From the NCBI GenBank assembly GCA_964578885.1, contig CAZOEO010000001.1, forward strand, positions 222,110 to 286,109: a stretch of DNA of 64,000 nt, given 5' to 3'. Shown here in pieces: positions 31,601 to 37,473 of the stretch; position 1 is the first letter of the stretch; every line of letters begins with the position of its first letter. The notes under the pieces are model-generated. The model was not told the DNA's origin. It worked only from the letters and a program-made list of their open reading frames with translations, and searched no databases. Position numbers and translations under genes: made by a program. This DNA is from an uncultured Candidatus Competibacteraceae bacterium (GTDB taxonomy: Bacteria; Bacteroidota; Bacteroidia; CAIKAF01).

Positions 31601-33279
31601 ATGCGATGTCGGTGACCAATAATGGTGGCAGTCTGCCTATTTCTTTAAGTCAGAATGGCCCCATCTGTACTGGCGACACGCTTTCTCTCCTTGTTACACA
31701 CGCCACATTCTCCAGTCCGGCCATTACCTACACTTGGACTGGTCCTAATGGATTTAACCAGACGGTATCTAATCCTTCACTGTTCAATGCCCAAGCCTCG
31801 GCATCCGGTATGTACACAGTGACTGTTACGAATCCGCTGATTAACTGTTCTGGTGTAGATTCCATCATGGTCTTAGTGAGTTCAGGTGCACCTGCACCGG
31901 TGGTACTTTCTCCGGATACCATTTGTAATGGCGCCAATGTATTGCTTACTGCCTTTAACACAAACACTTCACAGTTCTACTGGTGGGATGCAGCTTCCGG
32001 AGGAAATATTATTGACTCCGGCTCTACTTTCGTGTCGCAGGCTTTTGTAAACAACACGATGGCATATGAGCAGAAATTATTCTATGTTTCTGCCAACGAC
32101 ACTGTTGGTTGCAGCGGAAGCAGAACCACCGCCACAGTGCTTGTACGACCTTTGCCTGGTTCCGCCCTGAATCAGAATGTGGTTTATCAGGCCCAGGGAA
32201 CTACCCTGCCCGTGAATGCCAATAATTGTATTATTGTAAGTCCTGACCAATGGGTGCAATTTGTGGATGGAAATAACGCATTGATTGCTTCGGTAAAAGA
32301 GCCTTCCGGAAGTTCAAACCTTGGTGCCACGCAAGCTACAGCCACTTTAGTAGAAACCAATGTGGCCGTATTAAACGGAAAACCTTTCCTTCCTAAAGTA
32401 TTTACCATTACGCCGGCTAGTCAGCCTGGTCCCAATGATACGGTTTCCGTTCGCTTGTATTTTACCCAGGAAGATTTCGACTCTTTGAATTTTATGGCCG
32501 GAGGTGGTTTCACCATGAACGAGCTTCAGGTGCGTAAGTATTCTGCTAATCTTACTGGGTCGCAAGTGCTGAACCCTGCGGCTTCCGGCTTTGCACCTGT
32601 GATGATAGATACAAGCAAGATTACGGTTCTCGATTCAATGGTCACCGGATTGTCCAATGTATTTGCCTTGCAGTTCCCTCTAACCAGCTTCTCTACTTTC
32701 TTTATCGAATTCAACGACAATCCAACGCCATTGCCGGTTACATTAACCGAGTGGGAGGCCAATTGCGATCCAAAAGGTATTCGTTTGGACTGGACTACCC
32801 AATCTGAATTAAATAACCAAGCCTTTTTTGTGGATCGGAGTTTAGATGGAGAAGAGTGGTCTCGTATTGCCACTATTCCAGGCGCTGGAAACTCTAATGT
32901 GGTGAAACACTATTCTCATGTAGATGGATTCTCTTATCCAGGTTGGGTTTACTATCGCTTGACCCAACAGGATTTCGACGGAACCACTGAAGTATTCTAT
33001 CCGGTGTCTGCTTTCTGTGACGGTGCAGAAACAGGTGTATGGGCCAATGCATCTCCCAACCCAACTTTTGGCAAATCCACCATTTCTCATGGGTTTGGAA
33101 AGGCTGGTGTAAGGTGGGAATTAATGGACGTAAGTGGGCGGATTCTACAACGTGGGGTAGATCATAACGAAGGATTTAACATCGACTTGAACGCTGCCGC
33201 TCCCGGTACTTATGTACTCCGCCTTGAGGGTGTTTTGGTACAGGAAACCATTTCATTACGAATCATAAAAGCGCAATAA
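19624..33279 (+). CDS. giant (4551 aa) tandem-repeat cell-surface protein with a T9SS C-terminal sorting domain
   Basis: Single uninterrupted ORF. Signal peptide, then about 42 copies of a roughly 95-aa module (EYFWDTDPGxGxGT...PLSGLxxGxHTLxVRxR...GxWSxTHRFPVxV). After that come about 500 aa of Ig-like domains (ICxG...YxWxGPNG...GxYTVTVT...C motifs). It ends in a typical roughly 80-aa T9SS sorting domain (...RWELMDVSGRILQRG...GTYVLRLEG...). Confidence 0.85.
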   Translation: MPKNTRHYLCAAVLIVLMSLIPMGAVFAQVSNVQAGEYFWDTDPGFGAGTAISGITPGVSLSQTFAPPLSSLTPGMHTLFVRFRNANGHWSTTHRWPVYILSLPSTVPNISQGEYFWDIDPGYGSGTPISSFSGASSVSSSIAVPLSGLTPGLHVLYLRSRANPGNWGQTHGFPVLVLPTPSLPNVSRLEYFWDNDPGFGNGTLVPGFTAGTAPQTISALVLSSLSPGIHTLMVRGKDSNGKWSQTYVYPVVISNIPSTALHVNQLEYFWNTDPGVGNGTAVTSFTSAVSVTPSVAVPLSGLSAGMNTLFFRGRNANGQWGITHRFPVFVATAASSTTVNAYEYFWDTDPGFGAGTSVTSFSASGSVNQSFAISLNGLSPGLHTLYLRAKGPGALYGQTHAYPVLVQPDATLPTVTRIEYFWDTDPGFGLGTLIPGFSAGLTPSVAASALNLTSLTSGIHTLNVRSRDANGRWSQTYTYPVVVTNFNVSPSQITAIESFWDVDPGMGNGTAVTGFTPGTTVSAISSLPLNGLTSGMHTLFFRGRNADGHWGITQRFPVFVTSIPATSPVASFEYFWNTDPGFGAATQVSGFSPANAVNHTFAIPLTGLSAGIQTLHIRSRNSAGTPGQTYAFPVYVTPVLTLPQLTKLEYWWDTDPGYGSATPVPGFAAGVTPSVTAALPLGNLSPGIHTLGVRGQDQQGRWSVVHTYNVVISNVSSPASNITQVEYFWDVDPGFGAGTPMTGFSAGTSVQAVSAIPLGTLVPGTHVLFTRAKSADGDWSITHRFSVFVSSPPPPPTPGLAQIEYFWDTDPGYGNGVSVPVAPNASVNTNLVVSLSGLTPGVHVLGMRAQDTNGVWGITHPHAVYVLPDLAVTNVSRLEYFWDTDPGFGAGTALPGLVAAPTASVVHGISLSALTQGIHSLTIRGQSSSGKWSVSHTYGVVVLPPSSVASNIVAAEYFWDIDPGFGAGTPVSGITAGPSIAPVLSLPLGSLTPGMHTLFVRGRDANGGWSTTHRFPVFVQQLSTLSPVTQFEYFWDTDPGYGLGTVISGFPPANNVGQNLVVPVSGLQPGVHVLHFRATNQDALTGQTYAFPVWITPAFTLPDVTRLEYFWDADPGIGQGTSVTISSSNDITAVAALPLSGLNTGIHTLAVRAQDNRGAWSVSHTYSVVILDLSGLSNITAVEYFWDTDPGYGSGTAITGFSSGTTVQAVASVALGSLVPGPHVFFVRARDAKGGWSTTHRFSVFVSNPPPPPVPGLAQLEYFWDTDPGYGNGTGVALAPNSQSNTNIAVSTSGLAPGIHVLGMRAQDTNGVWGITHPHPVYMLPAFQLSDVTRVEYFWNADPGYGNATALSGITPSASVSVSQAISMSGLSQGLNYLTVRSRDTQGKWSVAHTYGVLLTNFPITLPDITSVEYFWNTDPGFGQGTPVSGFVQGTQITHAFNIPLNSLSNGINTLFVRGRNALGEWSTTHRFPVLVAAPQISAPVSQFEYFWDTDPGFGNGSIISGFTPGLLANQNIAVSLGALSPGVHVLGVRSADTLNQWGITHTFPVYVTPPLTLDQVIRVEYYWDTDPGFGAGNALSGFSPNTEVSATQAISLSGLTQGIHSLVVRSKSLGGQWSVSHQFSVLVTNLPSSPYAVDALEYFWNTDPGIGNATAVAGFTAGTQVSHVFNIPTSALNTGMNTLFVRGRNSNGDWGIVHRYPVFITSIQSAAPIASLEYFWDNDPGIGNATTVSGFSLAGSVNQNVVVPMASLSPGVHVLGIRAADSTQLWGMTHTFPVYVTPDLTLDNVAAIEYFWDTDPGYGNATSLSGIAPGTTVSSSQALSLSALNPGIHSLMVRSKSATGKWSVAHQWSVLIINTPPLPYQVTAIEYFWNTDPGYGNGVTVSGLTPSTSVSQVLPIPMTGLANGMNSLFIRAQNANGEWSTTHRFPVYVVSISQPTPVAAFEYFWDTDPGYGNGTNVSSFSPAGSVNQNIAVSLLGVNPGLKTLYIRSKDSLNVWGQTYAFPVYITPALTLPQVSQIEYFWDVDPGYGNATSLSGFTVGTEVTVPSAISISQLQPGLRTLTVRAKSSDGTWSVAHSFQALISNVAPTLSPITAIEYFWDTDPGIGNASPITAFVSSDTVNTQVAVPVGSLPVGSHVLFIRAKNAQGHWGLTHRWSISITAPPIPLPAAISSFEYFWNTDPGLGNATTVSSFTQGIDVNHSFAVPLSGLNAGLNTLVLRAIDTTGKVGHSYPMPIFIVPSQTVSNLTQVEYFWDTDPGFGNGTALTGFLPAAEISVNHGISLASVTPGIHTLTVRGKDQLGRWSVSHTYSVIITNNLNPAPDVTAIEYFWNTDPGIGNGTNVPVTSPGIQVTQVFNIPLNALNAGTNTLFIRSKNQQGAWSITHRFPVFITAPVALAPVQRLEYFWDTDPGYGNGVAVTGFSAGQSINQNVAISLASVNPGLRVLHFRAQDTTGKWGHTYPYPVYITPNLALSNVNRVEYFWDVDPGYGNGTAISGISPNTEISTSQALPLSGLTPGIHTLTVRARSNEGRWSVAHTYAVIVSNMPAQLENITAIEYFWNTDPGMGNATSFTGFSPATQISQNMVIPVSGLNQGMNTLFIRSKSLSGQWSITHRYPVYVGGLSTAAPITAFEYFWNTDPGYGNGAPVTGFTLANDVNHSFLVPLSGVNTGLNTLHIRAIDSTTRYGQTYAFPVYMVPNPTLPNLTRLEYYWDTDPGFGNGTAITGYTPGNEVTAAAALTLSSLNPGIHTLAVRGRDAQGRWSVTHTFGVVVSNFNLPAPNITAIEYFWDTDPGIGNGTAVTSFTPSDTVSTQVAIPLTIAAGPHVLFIRAKNALGHWSITHRFAVNVTLPPVPPPAPIARFEYFWDTDPGLGNATSVTGFANAEQVNYSFAVPMTGLNAGLHTLVLRAIDSTNKVGHSYPMPVFIVPPTNLVNIDRLEYFWDNDPGYGNGSAVVGFVPGDTVTAIQAIPMQNLTPGFHTLTVRSRTSDGRWSVAHSYTIFVTTDPNPSNITRIEYFWNTDPGMGNGVNVPGVVAGSLVNQVFSVNLSGLSQGVNTLFVRSMNAKGNYSITHRYPVFVGQSGNAPISRFEYFWDTDPGFGAGTQVTSFLPATNVNQNIAIPLTNLNPGVRTLFVRSADTLGRWGGTYAYPVYLVPASALPQVSRLEYFWNTDPGFGNATAIGGLAASAQVIGTTAISLSGLPVGVNYLNIRAKDADGRWSATHNFNVVVVPIGNGGDVTALEYFWDTDPGKGNANAVTNFTASASVTHSFPVSMSGLSQGLHLLYVRGKNQSGDWGITHRFPVFVADPNQGGGAPITRYEYFWDTDPGMGSATQVTGFATGTSTNHSFNIALSGLTPGLRTLHVRPADSLGRWGITHAYPVYVMPDPTLPNITRMEYFWDADPGIGNATAISITPGQTASGTLAIPLSSLATGLHTLSVRSRDAQGRWSVTHTWSVIITNLDASPQPITAVEYFWNTDPGMGNATALTSFAPATSVSPSFAIPVGNLPSGLQTLFIRAKNQSGAWSITHRFPVLVQSANALASAPIQRFEYFIDTDPGYGAATQVSTFSPASQVNQNILIPLSGLAEGIRNIGIRAMDTLGRWGQTYQYPVYLLNTATSQVAALEYYWDTDPGFGSATAIPVSPSTEVSTTQALPLSNLNTGMHNLTVRAKSNTGRWSVSHHYPVFVIDQSLLPDTVTQVEYFFDVDPGMGQASSISGITPGINVDGVFPIPLNNLAQGLHQIFIRAKNRSGHWGITHRFPVYILNQQVTPEVVAAEYFIDTDPGFGAATPVPAFASATDVNLNLAVSLSNLSQGIHRLYVRTQDNSGVWGHTFNEIFTLMNIPATPVPLAKGEYFWDVDPGFNNGTNIPGVTSAVLNSLSFTIPAPPAAPGVHTLYTRYQDTLGRWGHTHAEMMIVYPGPDTVRNLVGLEYFIDTDPGLGQATFVPFTTPSPQVTEVVNLPICGLASGNYTLYVRVKDEDGRYGQTYAHAMSVTNNGGSLPISLSQNGPICTGDTLSLLVTHATFSSPAITYTWTGPNGFNQTVSNPSLFNAQASASGMYTVTVTNPLINCSGVDSIMVLVSSGAPAPVVLSPDTICNGANVLLTAFNTNTSQFYWWDAASGGNIIDSGSTFVSQAFVNNTMAYEQKLFYVSANDTVGCSGSRTTATVLVRPLPGSALNQNVVYQAQGTTLPVNANNCIIVSPDQWVQFVDGNNALIASVKEPSGSSNLGATQATATLVETNVAVLNGKPFLPKVFTITPASQPGPNDTVSVRLYFTQEDFDSLNFMAGGGFTMNELQVRKYSANLTGSQVLNPAASGFAPVMIDTSKITVLDSMVTGLSNVFALQFPLTSFSTFFIEFNDNPTPLPVTLTEWEANCDPKGIRLDWTTQSELNNQAFFVDRSLDGEEWSRIATIPGAGNSNVVKHYSHVDGFSYPGWVYYRLTQQDFDGTTEVFYPVSAFCDGAETGVWANASPNPTFGKSTISHGFGKAGVRWELMDVSGRILQRGVDHNEGFNIDLNAAAPGTYVLRLEGVLVQETISLRIIKAQ
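19720..31620 (+). repeat. intragenic tandem repeat array with a roughly 285-bp period (about 42 copies; about 14 super-repeats of about 855 bp, each made of three diverged subtypes)
   Basis: A roughly 25-nt core (gaatatttctgggatacngatccngg) recurs about every 285 bp. The encoded modules cycle HWSTTHRFPVFV to WGQTYAFPVYVTP to RWSVxHTYxVVISN. Confidence 0.85.
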
Positions 33280-33371
33280 CCATGGAAGTGAATCACTTTT
33301 CCGCTAAAAATATCGGATCTTCTGAGAAGAGCCGCTTTTTCAAACTTCAATTATCACGTCAAACAACAGTT

Positions 33372-34484
33372 ATGAAACACGTTTTCCTTTTGCTGTGCGT
33401 AGCAGGCTCATTGGCTACCGCACACGGCGCCATCCGGCGCGTGAACAACAGGCCGGGCACCGGTGCTGCTCATGCAGACATTACCTCTGCCATCACCGCG
33501 GCCGTTGCGGTGGTAGATACCATCATCGTGGAAGGCTCGCCCACGGCATATGCGGCTTTTAACCTGAACAAGCAACTGGTTATCCTGGGACCTGGTTATT
33601 TCCTGACCGACAACGACTCCACTCAGGCTTATACCCAGCCCGCCACCATCAACTCGGCTTCCACCATTTCCACGGCAGGTTGTACTGTAAGTGGTTTGGT
33701 TTTTAGCTACAACACTGGAGGTAGCACTACACCCATGTTGCAAATCAGTGCGAACAATGTGACCATCGCCAGAAATTACTTTTATGATACTTGGACTTCC
33801 ACCGGAAACTCCAACTGTATTCAGGTGGCTTCCGGTATCACAGGTGTCACCATCGCTCAGAACTTTATCCGTTGCGAGCAAACCAACCAATCTGGCTGGG
33901 GACTCATTTATATCCCTGGTACCGGTAACACCAACCTGGTTATTACTAACAATATTCTGGTTGCTGGTTCCGCCAACACCACGGAGGCCACTCACCGTAA
34001 TGCCATTTGGGTGACCAATACCGCCAACCAGGGAGGTATCCTTTTTGCCAATAACCTCATCTTAGGTAACGTTCAGTCTTACAATTGCACTTTCGTGAAT
34101 AACATCTGGGGGCGTGGCACATTCATTAACACGCCTGTAGGTAATGTAGGTCGCAACAACGTTTTATCCGGAACGCAGTTCACCGGTCAGATTGTTTATA
34201 CAGATCCTACGGCTGTAAACTTGAACAACCAGGCCATGGCCGGAACCATGTTCGCTCAAACAGGTGGTAACGGTGCCATTGACAAGTTTTGGAAACTGGC
34301 AGGTGCCTCTTCTGCCCTCACCGCAGGTATCAATTCCAGCGAAGCCGGCCCATTTGGTGGTCCAGCCAGCTACATATTATCCGGCCTGCCTGCTATTCCC
34401 GTTGTATGGTTCGGTTCTGTACCTACTTCTGGAAACACAAGCTCTACATTGAGCGTCACTTTCCGCGCACGTACCATCAATTAA
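33372..34484 (+). CDS. secreted parallel beta-helix (PbH1) repeat protein; paralog 3 of 4
   Basis: Start chosen at the signal-peptide Met (MKHVFLLLCVAGSLATAHG); the ORF opens at 33282, 2 nt after the giant gene's stop. PbH1 strands VTIARNYFYD, VTIAQNFIRC and VITNNILVAG. Tail FGGPASYILSGLPAIPVVWFGSVPTSGNTSSTLSVTFRARTIN. Confidence 0.55.
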   Translation: MKHVFLLLCVAGSLATAHGAIRRVNNRPGTGAAHADITSAITAAVAVVDTIIVEGSPTAYAAFNLNKQLVILGPGYFLTDNDSTQAYTQPATINSASTISTAGCTVSGLVFSYNTGGSTTPMLQISANNVTIARNYFYDTWTSTGNSNCIQVASGITGVTIAQNFIRCEQTNQSGWGLIYIPGTGNTNLVITNNILVAGSANTTEATHRNAIWVTNTANQGGILFANNLILGNVQSYNCTFVNNIWGRGTFINTPVGNVGRNNVLSGTQFTGQIVYTDPTAVNLNNQAMAGTMFAQTGGNGAIDKFWKLAGASSALTAGINSSEAGPFGGPASYILSGLPAIPVVWFGSVPTSGNTSSTLSVTFRARTIN

Positions 34485-34522
34485 TCTGAAACTTAGACGA
34501 ACGTCTCATAATATTACAGATC

Positions 34523-35719
34523 ATGAAAAATATGTCAAATCCTTCGTTCCGGTTAGGTCGCCTAGTATTCGGCCTCTCCATTAGCTTGCTCGTGTTGGCA
34601 GCTAATCACCTGCAAGCGGCCAGATGGCGCGTAAATAATCAGCTCACAGCACAAACAGCTGGTGCTGGTTCAGTACAAACCTTCACCACCTTGGCGGCCG
34701 CACAAACCGCAGCTACCAATGGTGATACTATCTATGTGGAAGGCTCTCCTATCGCCTATTCCGGCGTTACGTGTACAAAACTTCTCACTTGGATTGGACC
34801 CGGTTATTTTTTAACCTTGAACGACTCCACCCAGGCCATGCCCAATGATGCGTGGATTAACACTGCCATCGCCTTCAATGCGGGTTCGGCTGGGTCTACT
34901 TTCATGGGATTCCGTATCGAATACAACTCCACATCTGCAGCGCAGGTAGCCGTTTCGGTGAACAACATCGTGATTGCACGGAACTACTTCCGGAATATTA
35001 CGAGTACAGCGCCCACCAATGGACATTGTATCAACATTGTTTCTGGGGTTACGGGTACCACCATCATTCAGAATTTCTTTGAGCTCCCAACGAGTACCAC
35101 TATTGTCAGAAGAGCCATCAACATGGCGGGAACTTCGCCCAACACCTTGATTGCCTCTAACATTATTCTTTGCGGAGCTTTCTCTGATATGACCACCGCT
35201 GGTGCTACCACCACCACTGTAACGGCAAATACTGGGGAAGCCATAAGAATGGTGTCCACCTCTAGCGCGACCATTCAAAATAATTTTATCAATGGTCACT
35301 GCTTTATTGCCAACACTGACTTTAATCACAACGTGATGCCAAGAGGTCTTGTCGTGAGTGCCGGTGGTACCAACACCACTACCTACAATACGCACCAATT
35401 GGCTGCCGGTACAGGTGGTATGATCATCACTACGGCTGCCGGCGACAACAACCTGCATTCACAGTCTTTTGCATCCAACGCCATCATTACCCCACCAGCA
35501 GGTGCCACCGTGTATCAGGATCGTTATTACAAATATACCAATCCTCTTCCTGCTTCGCTCACCGGAAACAACACCCGTCGCGGTCACTTTGGTGGCCCTA
35601 TGCCTTACCGCTTATCCGGTCTGCCACCTGTCCCCGCCGTTTGGTCTGCCATCGTTCCTGTGTCCGGTCTCACCAACCAAAACTTGAACGTAACCGTACG
35701 CGTGCGGTCGATCAACTGA
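34523..35719 (+). CDS. secreted parallel beta-helix (PbH1) repeat protein; paralog 4 of 4
   Basis: Signal peptide. PbH1 strands IVIARNYFRN, TIIQNFFEL, LIASNIILCG and TIQNNFINGH. Tail FGGPMPYRLSGLPPVPAVWSAIVPVSGLTNQNLNVTVRVRSIN. Confidence 0.55.
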   Translation: MKNMSNPSFRLGRLVFGLSISLLVLAANHLQAARWRVNNQLTAQTAGAGSVQTFTTLAAAQTAATNGDTIYVEGSPIAYSGVTCTKLLTWIGPGYFLTLNDSTQAMPNDAWINTAIAFNAGSAGSTFMGFRIEYNSTSAAQVAVSVNNIVIARNYFRNITSTAPTNGHCINIVSGVTGTTIIQNFFELPTSTTIVRRAINMAGTSPNTLIASNIILCGAFSDMTTAGATTTTVTANTGEAIRMVSTSSATIQNNFINGHCFIANTDFNHNVMPRGLVVSAGGTNTTTYNTHQLAAGTGGMIITTAAGDNNLHSQSFASNAIITPPAGATVYQDRYYKYTNPLPASLTGNNTRRGHFGGPMPYRLSGLPPVPAVWSAIVPVSGLTNQNLNVTVRVRSIN

Positions 35720-35738
35720 TTTTTTTAAATCTCCGCAG

Positions 35739-35775
35739 AAACCGGCTTCCCGACGTGAGGAGCCGGTTTTTTTTT
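35739..35775 (+). terminator. rho-independent terminator (CCGGCTTCC...GGAGCCGG followed by T9)
   Basis: Hairpin plus a run of nine T, 20 nt after the stop of the last locus gene. Confidence 0.7.
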
Positions 35776-35955
35776 GCGCCTGCCTGTCCCATCTGCCGAT
35801 ACATCTTACTTCAGTTTTTCTTTAAGTCGCAGTGAGGTACAAGGGCCAGGCACCGCGTGTTCCGCTAAAAGTCCTCGCCCCATTTATTTCTTTTTTCCTT
35901 TTGCCAAACATCCCAATGGGGCTCCGGGCTACCGCTGCACCCGCTGGCGCGGAAC

Positions 35956-36355
35956 TCCCGACCGAAATGATCTTTCGCCCGAAACTTCAGGAATTCTGAT
36001 GGAATTAAATTTTCCTGCTGTCGTTCGAACCGATTTTAATCGTTTATATCCGTTTAATCTCCGGATAATTTAAGGTTCTGGGCGTAACTTGTCCTCGGGG
36101 AGGGGAGGGTGCAACCCTGGGTTCCGACCGAAATGATCTTTCGCCCGAAACTTCAGGAATTCTGATGGAATCAACTTTTCCTGCTGTCGTTCGAACCGAT
36201 TTTAATCGTTTATATCCGTTTAATCTCCGGATAATTTAAGGTTCTGGGCGTAACTTGTCCTCGGGGAGGGGAGGGTGCAACCCTGGGTTCCGACCGAAAT
36301 GATCTTTCGCCCGAAACTTCGGGAATTCTGATGGAATTAATTTTTCCTGCTTTTC
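35956..36355. repeat. non-coding direct tandem repeat, 166-bp unit, about 2.4 near-identical copies
   Basis: The unit beginning CCGACCGAAATGATCTTTCGCCCGAAACTTCAGGAATTCTGATGG... recurs at 35958, 36124 and 36290 with only 3-4 substitutions. Each unit has an internal GGGTGCAACCC palindrome and a GGGGAGGGGAGGG tract. Confidence 0.85.
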
Positions 36356-36469
36356 AATTGTGAATACTGCGTTTTTCAGCCAATGCATTGGGAAAAGAAA
36401 ACGGGTTTCTTTGGCCCGTTCTTTATTTTTGAAAATGCATGTACTCCGTTTCCTTCCCTGATAGGGTGG

Positions 36470-37066
36470 TTATTCCAGTTTGCCGCGCAAACCAAGCCAC
36501 GCCAATAAACCGACGCCAAAAGTGATGGAGACATCGGCCAGATTGAAAATGGGCGGAAAAATATAGCTGCCACCCAAACCGAACGGCATGCTTTCCGGCC
36601 ATTGTACGTTGAAATGAAACATATCTACCACTTTTCCCTGAAACCAAGGTGCATAACCGCCGGAATCGGGGAGAAACTGTGCCGTTTCATAAGTAAATGG
36701 ATAAGACGGTCCAAACATCTGGCCGTAAAATACAGAATCCAAGATATTACCTAAGGCGCCTGCCATCACGAGAGCCATGGCCCAAAGCAAGGGCTGCGAA
36801 CGTTTTTCAAGCATCATTCGTCTCAGGAAAAATCCAATCCCGATTACGGCAATGATGCGAAAAACGGTCAAAAGGATTTTGGCAGTGGGTCCTTCGCCCA
36901 GGACCATACCAAAGGCCATCCCATTGTTTTCAATGAAATGAATCTGGAGAAAAGACCCGATAAAATCATGGGTCTCTCCCAAATACATGGACAATTTAAT
37001 CCAAATTTTGAGTACCTGATCGGCCAGTATGATAGCCAAAATAGTCCCCGCAAGCCGCCAACCCAT
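36470..37066 (-). CDS. lspA: lipoprotein signal peptidase II
   Basis: Four-TM layout with conserved LspA blocks (NxGxAFG, FNxAD). Confidence 0.85.
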   Translation of the reverse strand: MGWRLAGTILAIILADQVLKIWIKLSMYLGETHDFIGSFLQIHFIENNGMAFGMVLGEGPTAKILLTVFRIIAVIGIGFFLRRMMLEKRSQPLLWAMALVMAGALGNILDSVFYGQMFGPSYPFTYETAQFLPDSGGYAPWFQGKVVDMFHFNVQWPESMPFGLGGSYIFPPIFNLADVSITFGVGLLAWLGLRGKLE

Positions 37067-37075
37067 ACACGTAAA

Positions 37076-37462
37076 TCAGCGCTTAGATTGGGAAAGCTTC
37101 GCTTCCATAGAAAGCGTGGCATGAGGTACCGCGCGCAGCCTCTCCTTGGGAATCAATTGGCCGGTTACCCGGCAAATTCCGTAGGTTTTATTTTGAATTC
37201 GCAACAAGGCATTTTCTAAATTCAGAATAAACTTCTTCTGACGGGCAGCCAATTGACCAATTTCTTCTTTTGAAGAAACCTCTGCGCCATCTTCCATAAG
37301 CTTAAATGTAGGAGATGTATCTTCTGTGTTGTTGCCGTCTTTATGCGAAAAAGCTTCCACAAGCAAATCATGCTCCTTGCGGGCTTTGTCTAATTTTTGC
37401 ATAATCAGATCACGGAATTCTTCGAGTTCTTCGTCGGAATAACGTATGGTAATATCAGACAT
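37076..37462 (-). CDS. TraR/DksA-family zinc-finger transcriptional regulator
   Basis: 128 aa with a coiled-coil N-terminal part and a C-terminal DksA/TraR-like segment (CRVTGQLIPKERLRAVPHATLSMEAK). Lies directly downstream of ileS, as is common in Bacteroidota. Confidence 0.55.
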   Translation of the reverse strand: MSDITIRYSDEELEEFRDLIMQKLDKARKEHDLLVEAFSHKDGNNTEDTSPTFKLMEDGAEVSSKEEIGQLAARQKKFILNLENALLRIQNKTYGICRVTGQLIPKERLRAVPHATLSMEAKLSQSKR

Positions 37463-37473
37463 ACCTAACGGTT

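Noticed and set aside
19700-31620. Conserved N-[IVL]-[ST] immediately before most EYFWD cores, considered as an N-glycosylation sequon
   Set aside because: Asp frequently replaces Asn at that position (PDVTR, SDVTR, PDIT), and type-2 modules lack it. The position behaves as a structural strand residue, not a strict sequon. N-linked glycosylation is also not established in Bacteroidota.
19644-31967. Dozens of 60-145-aa ORFs on other frames or the opposite strand inside the giant gene (for example 20992..21420, 21744..22112, 27745..28158 and 29233..29670)
   Set aside because: They sit entirely within the 13.7 kb repeat ORF. They have low-complexity, Pro/Gly/Arg-rich translations typical of off-frame readings of a repetitive GC-balanced gene. 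They recur with the repeat period, so they are artefacts of the repeats and not genes.
35774-36073. 99-aa ORF spanning the 166-bp tandem repeat
   Set aside because: The translation is low-complexity and the ORF merely follows the repeat. It has no start context or conservation signal, and the region is better explained as a non-coding tandem repeat.
35956-36355. Possible CRISPR array
   Set aside because: The period is 166 bp with no unique spacers between short repeats. The copies are near-identical over their whole length, and no cas genes are nearby.
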